Shown: one piece after another, positions 24,871 through 35,982 of the stretch | How positions within the stretch are numbered: the stretch's first letter is position 1 | How the letters are laid out: each line of letters starts with the position of its first letter | From: Oikopleura dioica | Taxonomy: Eukaryota > Animalia > Chordata | Direction of reading: 5' to 3' | Length of the DNA: 64,000 nucleotides | Assembly: GCA_907165135.1 (NCBI GenBank) | Contig: OU015568.1 | Span: 14,260,001-14,324,000, forward strand | Notes under the pieces: model-generated | Database searches by the model: none | The model's input: only the letters and a program-made list of their open reading frames with translations | What the model was told of the DNA's origin: nothing | Program-made: the position numbers and the translations under genes

Positions 24871-26709
24871 GAGCCACTGGACATAAAATCGCTGGTGAAG
24901 GACTCCGACCACCGACAATCGTCTCTACTCAAGATGGAAAAAGCTCTGTTCCTGGATAACACTACCGGGTGCTTGATGTGTCAATTCAAATCTGGCGCGC
25001 GGGCGGTGGTACCGGAAGCGGTAAAAAGTCACTTTCTCTTTCTAGCTCACGACTTGTCCGGTCATCTGGGCGAGCCGCGGACTTTAGAGCGATTAGAGGA
25101 CGTTTGGTGGCCTTCATTTCAAGACGATGTTTCTAACTACGTCCACAGCTGCGTCCCTTGCCTACGCAGAAAAGGATCTGCTGGAACTCGTACCAAACCG
25201 CCACTTGGAACCCTTCGTCGTGGAAAAACAGCTGGCGAATCGATTCAGATCGATTTCGCTTGTATGCCTCCCGCTGGCGGATTCAAGTATTATTTGGTGG
25301 TGGCGGACACTTTCTCTCGCTACACTTGGTGCATTCCGACGCGGTCCGACACTGCTATCTGCGCTGCAAAAGCGCTCATCTACAAGGTCTTCCTTCCCAT
25401 GGATTTCTTGCCGAAACATCTACACAGTGACAGAGGTACCCACTTCTGCGCAAGCGTGATTGACGAAATGTGTAAGCTTAACCAGATAAAACATACAATA
25501 AGTACCGCATTTCACCCTCAATCAAACGCTTTCGCAGAAAGAGCGAATCGGACTATCAAAAACAGTCTATTCTGCATGGTCAACTCATCTTCCGGTCGAA
25601 AAACTTGGGCCGACTGCGTTCCCCACGTGATGCGCGCGCTCAATAGTGTGAAAAACAAAAGCACGAAAATTTCACCGCGAGAAGTTTGGTTTGGCCGAAA
25701 AAGTACTTTCACCCACTCTACTGGCGCAGAAATGACAGCGGAAACACCTCAGGTGTTTGGTCTCAATGTGGGAGCTTTAGCGAAATCGGCGGAAGCCATT
25801 GTGAAAACTGCGATGGAAGCTGCTGACCGAGCCATGGAGCACAGGCTGAAAAACGAGCCTAAGCCGAGACCAATCCCCGCTGGCGCTGTCGTGTACATTA
25901 AGCGAGAAAACCTGACCGACGCTAAAAGCAAGAAGGAACGCTGGGTAGGTCCCCTGAAAGCCGTTTCGAGCAACGACTGGGTCGTCATGGTCGAAGATAA
26001 AAAAGGACAACGTGATTTCATCCATCGAGAACACGTGGTTCACGCCGCAGAACGAAATCACGACTTACGCTGGATTGATTACTACGAGGCCGAGTACGTA
26101 TTCCCACATTTAACCGAAATCGTTAAGTCGAAAGTCCCACAAAAATCGCCTGTTCCTACTTCCAAACCGATGGAAAAGTCCGGGTCGAAGTCGCATGGGG
26201 GGAGGAAATCTTCTCAGGTCGCGTCGACTCCGATGGTTGCTATGGAAAAACCGCCAAGATCATCTCTATCACCTATTTTGGAAAGTAGACGCCGATTGGA
26301 CATGGAAAATCTGGGAGATACAACCGCTACATCTATTTTGGACTCGTCGGTAGCTCCAGCCGAGCCGTCAGATCGCTGGTACTCTGGTGGTACTCTTTAT
26401 GAAACTGCCGAGGACATGTCAGCTGATGCTACAGTGATTTCGGAGGTTGCTGCGCCCGACAATAGCCATATGTCAGTCGATAAACATAATTCAACAGTAG
26501 TTGAGGGCTCAGCAACTGAAAACAGCAAGAAAAGAACCCGTCCAAAGTCTTCACCAGATCGTCAATACTCAGCCGGCGCCGATCCGAATGCGACTTTAAC
26601 CGAAGTTGGAGCAGCTCATCTCCCGAAACATACAAAACGAGCACACCGTGAAACGAGGCCCGTCGAACCTCTAAACATCGGCACAAACTCGGGTCAGTCA
26701 TACGACTAA
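24871..26709 (+). CDS. Integrase, same frame as the upstream ORF, directly after the TAG
   Basis: HHCC (AHDLSGH...CVPC); D,D(35)E (QIDF, SDRGTHF, AERANRT); GPY/F-like WVGPL; long Ser/Thr-rich tail with no chromodomain. Confidence 0.93.
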   Translation, partial: EPLDIKSLVKDSDHRQSSLLKMEKALFLDNTTGCLMCQFKSGARAVVPEAVKSHFLFLAHDLSGHLGEPRTLERLEDVWWPSFQDDVSNYVHSCVPCLRRKGSAGTRTKPPLGTLRRGKTAGESIQIDFACMPPAGGFKYYLVVADTFSRYTWCIPTRSDTAICAAKALIYKVFLPMDFLPKHLHSDRGTHFCASVIDEMCKLNQIKHTISTAFHPQSNAFAERANRTIKNSLFCMVNSSSGRKTWADCVPHVMRALNSVKNKSTKISPREVWFGRKSTFTHSTGAEMTAETPQVFGLNVGALAKSAEAIVKTAMEAADRAMEHRLKNEPKPRPIPAGAVVYIKRENLTDAKSKKERWVGPLKAVSSNDWVVMVEDKKGQRDFIHREHVVHAAERNHDLRWIDYYEAEYVFPHLTEIVKSKVPQKSPVPTSKPMEKSGSKSHGGRKSSQVASTPMVAMEKPPRSSLSPILESRRRLDMENLGDTTATSILDSSVAPAEPSDRWYSGGTLYETAEDMSADATVISEVAAPDNSHMSVDKHNSTVVEGSATENSKKRTRPKSSPDRQYSAGADPNATLTEVGAAHLPKHTKRAHRETRPVEPLNIGTNSGQSYD

Positions 26710-27012
26710 GCGCAAGTACTGCCCCACTCAGGTCCCCTATTCATCGACCGGGGCCTGAAAAGGTACGGAAATTATCACAGTTTACCGTCGCCGACGTATT
26801 TTGAGTTCTTCTACATGTGCAGCTACTCCTTCATGTCATCACCGCTCGGACATCACGAAAACTTCGCATCTGATTCAAGCTTTTTCCCAAAAAAGGGTTT
26901 TTTAACGCGAATCAGACTGCCTCGACGTTTCGAACCTGCCATGTTACTCATCTTACGCTTATACTCCTGCAAAAATCACACACTTTGGCCTTAGAGGACG
27001 TTTCAGTCTCAT

Positions 27013-27018
27013 GGGGGG
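27013..27018 (+). promoter_or_regulatory. Polypurine tract (G6) abutting the 3' LTR
   Basis: ATGGGGGG immediately precedes TATTGGG. Confidence 0.75.
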
Positions 27019-27274
27019 TATTGGGATCTTAGATTCGTTAGACTCCCTCGTCCCCTAAGGTCACTTGCTTATCTAGATCGAGCTTTGCTCGGTCGCCGCC
27101 GTGTATTTCTCTTCATTCGGTAATTCACGCAGTTCGTGAATTAACCTCTATTTTACTCCAGCTCGAAATACAGACGTCAAAGATACTTTACTCGTTTTCT
27201 TCACTCGTCCAGATATAGAGAGCAGGCAAACTACGCTAGAAGTGGGAGATTCAGCAGAAGCTAGGATCCCTTCA
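27019..27274 (+). repeat. 3' LTR (256 bp)
   Basis: Identical by eye to the 5' LTR; followed by the TSD TTAC. Confidence 0.97.
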
Positions 27275-27306
27275 TTACTCTCTGCAATATCTCCGGTTAG
27301 TTTCAT
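27275..27306 (-). CDS. SAMHD1: 5' fragment of SAMHD1 (ATG and first ten codons, MKLTGDIAES), left on the far side of the insertion
   Basis: First ATG after the pyrimidine tract/TTTTAG acceptor near 27420. It joins the 20782 flank in frame once one TTAC copy is removed. Confidence 0.8.
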
Positions 27307-27399
27307 TTCGTCACTGCTGTAATCGCTTTTTGGCAAGTCGAGCTTTTATAACGGTCGGAAAATGGACTTGTGACCAAAAATATTTTCAACGGTACAACT

Positions 27400-27480
27400 G
27401 AAACTAAAAGATTTTTATCTAAAACGAAAGGGATAGGGAAAATAGGTAACGGTAGCTAAGGTTATGCTTTGTTTACTGAG
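27400..27480 (-). promoter_or_regulatory. Candidate spliced-leader trans-splice acceptor upstream of SAMHD1
   Basis: Long pyrimidine tract ending TTTTAG (then TTTTAG and TTTCAG) between the Ser-rich gene stop and the SAMHD1 ATG, with no intervening ATG. Confidence 0.5.
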
Positions 27481-27513
27481 TCTCTTTACTATAATTCCGC
27501 ATTCATCAATAAT

Positions 27514-30500
27514 TTATAGCCTATAAATTATAGGCTTTAAAAGAAAAAGAAGTTTATCTGACCCTTCCTTGGAACGTTTTTGCTCTGGTATGGAATCTCC
27601 TTGATCTGAATCAGAGGAGGAGCTGGAGCCGTTGTTGCCGGAGGAGAATTGCCGTTTTTCTGCAGTTAAATTACGCTGCGAGACGGAAGTTAGCTTATCA
27701 ATTTCGCTGAGTAAGCTAGAAGTAGGGCTGTCTGAACGACTTGGTATGGGCTCTGTCGCTATCAGCTCGTGGTCATGTGAGGTAGAAACGGCATCTGGTG
27801 GAATAGAGGTAGTTGTGTTTGAGGTAATGCGTGCAGGAGAGTCTTTTTGCGGGTTGAAGAAGGTTATTTGTGTTTTGGAGTTCAAAAATTGAACTTGATA
27901 GAAACTGAGGTTTGAAAACAAAAAAAAAACAAGATGTTACCCGCTCCTGAGAAAGCCACCTGCCCTTCCGACTTGTTACAATCTGAAATTGTGGACTTAG
28001 AGTTCACTGCCAGTTCAGTTTGAGGAAGCTTGGAATGTCTTGAGGAAATTGCACTCTCTTGAACAGATTTGGAATCGTCTTGGGCGTTTAGTTGAACTTG
28101 AGAAGTTGTTGGGCTCTTTGAAGAAAAAGTGGATTTGGAGGTAGTTTTATGCGGTACAGAAGATGATTCACCGTTGGACATTTTAGAAATCTTGGAGAAA
28201 CTTGTTTGCAATTGTGAGTTTTTACTGTCAGAAAGGGAAAGTGACGACGCTCTTGAGTTAGCTGGATTTCCTTTTAATCGGCTTGACGAGCGAGTGGAAA
28301 TTTTCGATTGGATCGAAGCAGCCTTTGAAGCCGCCGATGATGCTTTTGAAGAGCGCGATGATGATCTTGTTCTTTTAATAAGTTTTCGACAAGTTCGATA
28401 AGAAAATATATGAAAATAAGACATTTGTTAACGTTTTAAAAACTTTCCTTGGTCGCTCATTCTTTGAAGTTGATGAGTTTTTATCATCGAATTGATGCGT
28501 AGAAGACTTTTCTTCTCGTACAGATGACTTTTGTGATAAAGCGCTTTTCGATGACGATCGACTTCTTGCTGAAATTCTGCTTTTTCCGACTTCATTAGAT
28601 GACTTTTCAGGCACCATCGAACACCGCGTTGAAATTCTGCTCAAACTTCCTTCTAGTTTATTCAAATCAATAGCAGATTCTTTCGAAACATCTTCCCGTA
28701 ACGATACGTTTTCTGAGATCGTCGAAATCTCGCTGGTCTTATTCGTCAATCGACACATAGAATTAGTAGTTTTGTCGGATTTTGATGAGCTTCTGGTTGA
28801 AATTCTACTCGTAGTTTCTTGTATCTTATTGGGCTCAATTCCTGTATCTAAGGCATCATTTATTGATGCAGCTGAGCTTGAATTGCCATTTATTTCCTTG
28901 ATCTCAGAACGCTGCTCTTGCAGAGAATGAGAAGATTTCGCGGCAGATTCTTCTCCGGAGGAACGAGATTGATGGGAGGTTTTAGAGGACCTACTTCTCG
29001 TCGAGACTTTGCTCAAATTGTCGTTTCTTACATTGATCTCAAAATTCTCTTGTCTCAAAGAATGAGAAGATTTTACGACGGATTCTTCACGTAACGAAGA
29101 TTCATGCTGATTTGAAGACGCATTTGAAGCTTTGGTAGATCGACTTCTGGTTGACACTCTGCTTGGGGTCCTATTGAGCTCAGAATGTGGGCCATTATCG
29201 TTGCAGGGACCTTGTTCAATGTTCACATCATTTCCCTCTCGCAAATTTTGTTTCGCATCGTCGAGAACATGACGGACAAAAGAATTAGCGATGGAGCTGG
29301 TAGTTCTAGCTTGAGGATTTTCTTCGCTAGATCTTTGGGACCGAGTTGATGAGCGACGAGACTTGATCGATTCTTTCGATACTTTCGAGCTTCGTCTTCG
29401 TGTAGAAATTCTACTGACTGTTGATGATGATTTCTTGACGGAAGTTGACGACTCAGCGCTTGAGATGTCTGAATGTTCTTCTTTTGGAATACCGGTTTCT
29501 TCTTCATGAGCATCTTCCATCAATTCTCTCATAATTTTTTTCATAAAAGCGTCATAAATATCTTCTGATATGGACTTCGTCGTAGAGCCTTGAGATTTGA
29601 CCGAGTTATGAGACATTTCTGATACTTTGCTTTTATGAGAGATTCTACTGGATGTCGCCAATGGATCTTTGATCGAAATTTCACTGGTTTGTGAGATTTT
29701 GCTGGGAGTAGAATGTGGGTTGTCCGATTCTTTCATGTCATTTTCGATGAATTTTAATGATGAAGAATCATCATCATTATTAATAATCGCACTTTCCGAG
29801 ACAATTGACGTCGTGCTCGCTTTATGCTGCGAAGACAATCGCTCCTCAGATTTAGTAGGGCGGCTTCCAAGGGAAATTTTGCTCTGAATATGTGAAGAGT
29901 TCATATTCTTGATTTCAGATTGTTCTTCCAGAAGATTCGTGGAGGCTTTGCTATGAGACGGAGAAGGTCTAACAGTTTCCAGAGCGGTCGGTGCTGTTTG
30001 AATGTCAGAAGAATTTGCTGTATCTACCTCCATGATCATATCTTCGGTAGAATCATCGATTTGCTCATTTTCCGCTGACTCGTCAAGTAAAGCTTTGTCG
30101 GATTGATGTTCGCTCTTCCTAGACGTCGGGACGGAAACATTACTTTGCGCATTCGAAAGACGAGAAGGTTTTTTTGAATTGTTTCCGTTAGAAGCAGCGC
30201 TGACATTAGAGGCAGTAGCCAGAAGCTCTTTTGATTTAATGAAAGAGTGAAGCTTTCCTCGAGTAATGCGTCGCTGCCCTGTCGATGATGTTTTCTGAAT
30301 TAGTTTTCCTTCTTCGCTGTCAGAAAAAGCTTCCCCATCAGTGTCTGTCATGAGATGTTCCTCAGATTTTGCGCTCGACGGAATCCGATTATCTTGGACT
30401 TCCTGAACGCTATTGCTCGCAGACGCCGGTGTAGATTTCCTCTCATTTTCATTGGACTTGTGAAGGTCAGGATCGCTAGCTTGGTCCGATTTCATGCTAG

Positions 30501-33500
30501 ATTTGGAAGAATTCGGCTGCTGGAGCTCGAGCAAGACATCGATAGCTGATTCCGGGATAGTTTTTCGTCTTTCCACTTGAGTAGAATCCTGACGGAAAGT
30601 CTGGGAGATTCTTGAATCTTGACTTTTTAGAAGCGAATTTTGTGAATTCAACGAGTTGGCCGGAGTTGAAGGCAAATCCTTCTGCTGTTGAATTAGCTTC
30701 AAAACTTCGATTGCAGACTCAGGGACTGTCTTTCTCCTTGTTCGCAATGCTTCAGGATCGATGACGGACATCTGAGATTCGCCTCCTTGAGAGCTTCTTT
30801 CGGAATTCATGCTTGATTTTGAGTTGACAGGGGCAGAGGGGAGATCTTCGGGCTTTTGAATTAGCCTGAGAACATCAATAGCAGATTCTGGCACCGACTT
30901 TCGAGGCGCATCAAAGCGAGTTACTGCGTTTGAGATAATAAAGTTTCTCCTAAGATTATAAATTGCGAAAGCGCTAGTTAGTTGGAGTATCTAATTTTCT
31001 TTCGTCTTGCATGCTTCAGTTGAGACATTATCCTCCTACCAAGTGATATGCTGCATATGCTTGAATAAGTTTTATTGATATTAAGAATTTGGTATGAAGA
31101 TTCTTATGGGCCCCTAATCATGGTCTGATAAATAGACAATCATTTAAAAATATTTATAACTTTATGATATAATTTGAAAACGAAATCTACATATACTGGA
31201 AAGTATTTTTGATAGACTATTTTCATTGATCTAAGAGAACGCTTTTGTAGATATGTATAATATAGATATTAATTTGTATCTCGTCCTGAGTCCGGATTCA
31301 TACTCGATCTGGAAGGCTTAGGCGTTGGTGGAACCTTGAAATCCTCCTCTCTTGATGATGCTTCCATCCCAGAGGCCTTTGAAGAAGAACCACCAGTTTG
31401 AAGCAACGGCGATGACTCCGTTTTTTGATCTAGTATCTCTTCTTTAGATAATTTTTCCGAGACTGCAACTTCAGAGAGCTTTTCTTTTGATAATTTCAGC
31501 AGGTCACGAATTACGGAATTAACAATCGAGTTAGAACTTCTGGGCTGATTATCAGTAGTCTCAACTTCACTAGCTTTTGAGAGAAGCTCGGTTAGTTGTT
31601 CTGCGGAAGATCGTTGCGTAGAACTGGTTTGACTTTTGACACTTTCGCCTTTGACTGACATTTCTTGTTGCGAAATGAATGACTGCAGTTTGCCTCTAGT
31701 TATTCTTCTTTTGCTGCTCGGTGTTTCTTTTAGATCTTCGCGTTCTTTTGCCTCTTCAGTTTCCGAAAAAGAAATATCGTTTGCTTCGTCGCCACTCTGA
31801 ATTTCGTCCAAGAGCTGGCTTACAAGCTTCTTTGGAACACTTTCTTCTTCAGAAGAGGTCTGATTTTCTTCACGAAGCTGACTTTGTCGAGAGGATCTTG
31901 TAGAAGCGTTATCGGGAGGAGTATCTGCGGGGCTCTTATTTTCCGCCACGGATTGAGTCCTAGAGGATGCCTTTTCTTCGAGATATGTCTGAGACGCTAC
32001 GATTGATGTCGCTTCTATTTGATTTTGAGTTGAGGAATTTTCAAGCGAATTGGAAACTTTCGAATTGATCGATTTTCTTCTTGATGCTTTTGACGAGTGA
32101 GTGATAGAAGCAATGGATTCGGCTTTCGACAGGCGTCTTGAGGATGTTGATTTCTGGTCGTCTTCTTGAACGATTTTAGAGCTGTGAGAGGAGACGCTTT
32201 TGTCTTCGAGGAAAGTCTTGTCGTGAGGTGGAATGCTGCTTGATTTCTTACTCAAAGATCTTACTGAGATCTGATCATCTTTGGAATGATTTGAAGTTTC
32301 TTCGTCAATCGCGTCGCGTGATGAGAAATTCGTCGAGGAAGCCAATTGCTGGATAATATCAGATCTTGATGTCTTCTTGCTTGCTTGACTCAACACCCGA
32401 CGAAGCTCTTCTGTGGATGTCTTTGCGATTATCTCCTGGAAACTGAGCTTTGACGAAGCTGCTTTTTCTATTGACGAGTTCTTCAGTGATTCCGGTCTCG
32501 ATGTTAACGGCTCCATGTTTACCAGTGATCTAGTGACGTCTGGAATAGGAGACGAGGACCCGGATGCTTCATTATTGCTAGCGTTGACAGGCGGCGAGTC
32601 AGTCGCTTCAATTTCTTCGTCGTTACTTGAATTACCGTAAAAGTCCTTTTCGCCTGTTGAAGAATTCTTCTTTGCTGGCTCATCAAATCTTCCTGGTGCA
32701 GGCATCGACGAAACTGCGCTCGATCTGGAATCGAATTTCTTCAGCGAGGGCACAGAGCGCTTTTCACCAGTTATCTGTAAGTGACGTTCTTGTTGCTCGC
32801 TTTCAGTTGCTTCAGTCATTTCTTTAGAGGAGAAAACTGTTTTTACGATCATTTGATCGCCTGAAGAATCTTCCTCCAAGCTTGCTTTTGAAATATTCTC
32901 TGACTGTAAAGAGTCTTTATTGTGCTTTATTGGAGAAGTCGAATTTAAAATTTAATTATTTTATTAGCACAGATGTGATTGTTAAATTTGGAAAAAAACA
33001 GGCAGTTTCACACAATTTAAATTCTTTTAGCTTTAAAAACTAGTAATAAAAAGACCCATTTCCTTATTAGATTCTTTTGTTGCTTCTTGAACCGAAGTTC
33101 TGGTCTGGATTGATGTTGTTCCAGTCTGTTGGATTTCCCGTTCGATTGTTGCTTCTTCAGTCAAGTTGTTCTGGATAATTTTATCCTCATTTAAACCCGG
33201 CGCAGATGCTTTTGAAGTTTCGCCCAAGTGTTCAACGCTTTCCGCCAATTTCCTCAACTCCTCTTTAGAGACTTTGGACAGATCAACCTGCTCCTTTATT
33301 TGGTTGACTGCCTCTCGTTCCTGTTCTGGAGCTGAGACTTCTGACTCTCTTTTTGGAAGCGTGGAAGTAGACGGACCTTCGCCAAGAATGAGGGAAATGA
33401 CCTTCGACGCCTTTCGCATATTATTTCGGTCTTCGTTGGGACAACTTTTGCGACGATTATCGTCTTCTTCCTGATTGCGAATCGCTTTGTGGGCAAAGTG

Positions 33501-34129
33501 GGTGCTCATTTCTTGTACACTTGATCGAGATTGTCGATGGATAAGATTTAATTACAGTTATAAATTTATTTAATGGTGAAATTAGGGTCCTTAAATTTCT
33601 TAAAATAGGAGATTATACCGAACAAATTGAGCTTATTTAGGGATTAAAGCCGAAGTATTCCAGGGCTTCTGAATTTTATGAATTTGATCGAATGAGAAAG
33701 ATAATTAGAAGAATGTCTTGTGCGAGGCCTATTCGTTGACAACCTTTTCCTTTGGCCATATCGTGATTGCAAGTTTTCGGGATTTTCTTGGACAGATCGT
33801 TCAAGCCAGTCCGATACGAGACGATTTGGATTTTGAGTTTCTTCTAACAGCTCGGCGCTCGAAATGGGCTGGCCTAAATCGTCTCCTCCTAAAAAACGCA
33901 ATCTTGATGATTTCCATGTTAGGATTTCCACAGGCCGGTAGCGCATAAATTAGCAAATTTAGCAGCCTCGAAAACTGTATTTACAATTCAATTATTTTAA
34001 TTGCGCACCTTCTTGTGTAGCCGTATTGCTTTGGGACTGAGTAGGAGCAGCTTCCGCCGTCCCTGATGCTTCTTGCGAATCTTCATTGGTGTTCTTTGAT
34101 CTTCGACTTCGACGCCTGTTAAAACGCAT
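27514..34129 (-). CDS. Very large Ser/Glu/Lys-rich low-complexity protein (one gene, or two split near 31000-31270); no recognised family
   Basis: Long open exons 27882-30950, 31269-32879, 33033-33509, 33720-33890, and an ATG exon MRFNRRRSRRSKN at 34129. Repeated short motifs are present. Exon joins are only partly resolved. Confidence 0.7.
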
Positions 34130-34751
34130 CGACTTTGCTTGTCAATTCAGAATTGACAACAATTTCGACAATCCAACAGTTTTTCTAAAGAAAGAAGTTC
34201 GAAATCTGCGAAAAATTCAAAATAGAACTAAACGCCATACTTCTGTAAATTTTACAATAAATAATTTCTTTAGAAATTTTCATAAGTGATGGCTGTTTCC
34301 TTCGAAATTAGTGTAAAAGAGTTAGATCATGATCCTCTTATCAAAAAAGTCAATAAAAACTTGTCAGACTCGGAGCGGAGTAGATTCTCACTCACCTTCT
34401 GATTGGATGAGAATAAATGGCTTTCTTCCTAAATGAGGTGATAAATGGATTTTCGGTTTTTTTAACTACTGATAAAAGCTTTAATTGATACTGTAAATAT
34501 CAGCTGTTCTAGAAAAGAGAAACGATTGATTTCATAATTATGTTATGTAATAAAGTAGAAATTGGAAGAATTGAGTTGAAAATTTTATTGAATTTTTCGA
34601 AATAACATTGCAAAGACACAGTAGCTTGACACATTGATTTAGGACTCAAGAAGGCGGGAAAAAAGAAAGCAGAAAATATAGTTGTGCACAGAAAAGCAAA
34701 ATCCTAGGCACCATAGAAGCATTGAAAACATAAAGGAACAGTTTTATCGAA

Positions 34752-34970
34752 TTATTGGCGCTGTCTAAGTAAGTTCATGAGATCTCGACCACTTAGCCCA
34801 GTCTTGGGAACAGAAGGTATGCTCCTGCGATCTCGTTTCTGTCGCAGTTTTTGATGTCTTAAGAATCGAGCTGGACGGTGGAATTTATCGTCTTTACGGT
34901 GTACAAGCCATCGAGGAGGTTGAGCAGCAGTGAAGACGGTAGTGAGGAAAAGAATGATTTTGAAGTTCAT
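34752..34970 (-). CDS. Small secreted protein, candidate peptide precursor (72 aa)
   Basis: MNFKIILFLTTVFTAA signal-like sequence, then QPPRWLVHRK...RQKRDRR/SIPSVPKTGLSGRDLMNLLRQRQ*; single exon. Confidence 0.6.
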   Translation of the reverse strand: MNFKIILFLTTVFTAAQPPRWLVHRKDDKFHRPARFLRHQKLRQKRDRRSIPSVPKTGLSGRDLMNLLRQRQ

Positions 34971-35982
34971 TTCCTGTTTATTGATGCTTGCAAGAGTATG
35001 TTTGTTGTGTTTACGATCGAGCAAGGACGATATAAACCTTTATATCATCGGAAGGGTGGCTCGAGCGCCTCTGGAAGCGATGGGCGACATCTACTCCCGT
35101 CACAAGGAGAGCTCCGCATTCATTATTTTGTACTTACGTGACGTTTCAATATGTCTATATATTATATGTCACAATATCAGTTGATTATAAATATTTAATT
35201 ACTTGATGGAACATCAATTTTCAAAAATGTTACATGAATATATAATCATGTTTCTACATGCTAGCGGTGTTGTAGAATGAAGTATTTCTTTGATGCTCGT
35301 CAAGGGTATTCTTTTTGCAAAGAATGATGTCTTCTAGGCAAACAGCAAGTAACACAAAGGTTTCATACTTTGAGTTCTCGGTAGCCATCAAAGACGAGGA
35401 TGTATTGTTGAATATAGATTGTCGATTTTTGCACTAGAAAGTGTTCAAGTACTCTTATTCCCGAATGATTTTGTATCAATTATTGTTGAGGTCATTTTTG
35501 GCTCTTTTTGAAACTTCCACCATAGAAGCGTGAGTCTAAAAGTGACTCGAAGATAAATAGATTTACTCAAAACAATTATTTAGCCGCGTCGATCAAGACT
35601 GTATCGAATAACCATTTAAAGAGTTCCACATGACCACGGTGGTTTTCTTTTCAAGAGTATTAAATTGGAAACTTTTCTCCGACTATATTTAGTTTTGTGG
35701 AAAATCAGCGGGAAGATCTCATGATCTTTTAATCGACGTCAGAAGGTTTAGATAATTGGATTCATTAGAGAGACCAGATACAATAATTTCAACGACTATT
35801 TAGTCTACCGTAGTGTCTGCCCGACATTTTTTGATGAGTGTTTATTCTTTCGAAAAAGTTATATTTGACAGTGTTTCTTCTAAATGGAATTCTTCTGCGG
35901 TTTTATTGAGGGTTGATTGGTCTGCAATTATTCGCCAGGAGAGCCGCGTCCACCTTAATTATCTTCTTTAGATCTTTTTTAA

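Larger units (their letters stand above)
20783..27274 (+). mobile_element. Ty3/gypsy LTR retrotransposon (Tor-like, no env), full length, 6492 bp
   Basis: Two 256 bp LTRs, 4 bp TSD TTAC (20779-20782 and 27275-27278), PBS, G6 PPT, and domain order gag-PR-RT-RH-IN. Confidence 0.97.

Noticed and set aside
26710-27010. Possible env gene as in Tor3/Tor4b
   Set aside because: Only about 300 bp are available, with no signal peptide, furin site or clear TM helix.
20779-27278. Splicing-out of the retrotransposon using the GTAA target duplication as donor and the LTR-created TAG as acceptor
   Set aside because: The product loses one base relative to the empty site and reaches a stop within a few codons, so it would not rescue SAMHD1.
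27336-27570. Fusion of the Ser-rich gene to SAMHD1
   Set aside because: The obvious GT donor leads to stops in each acceptor tested, and an in-frame TAA precedes the SAMHD1 ATG. Fusion would need an unsupported GA donor. It is not fully excluded without cDNA.
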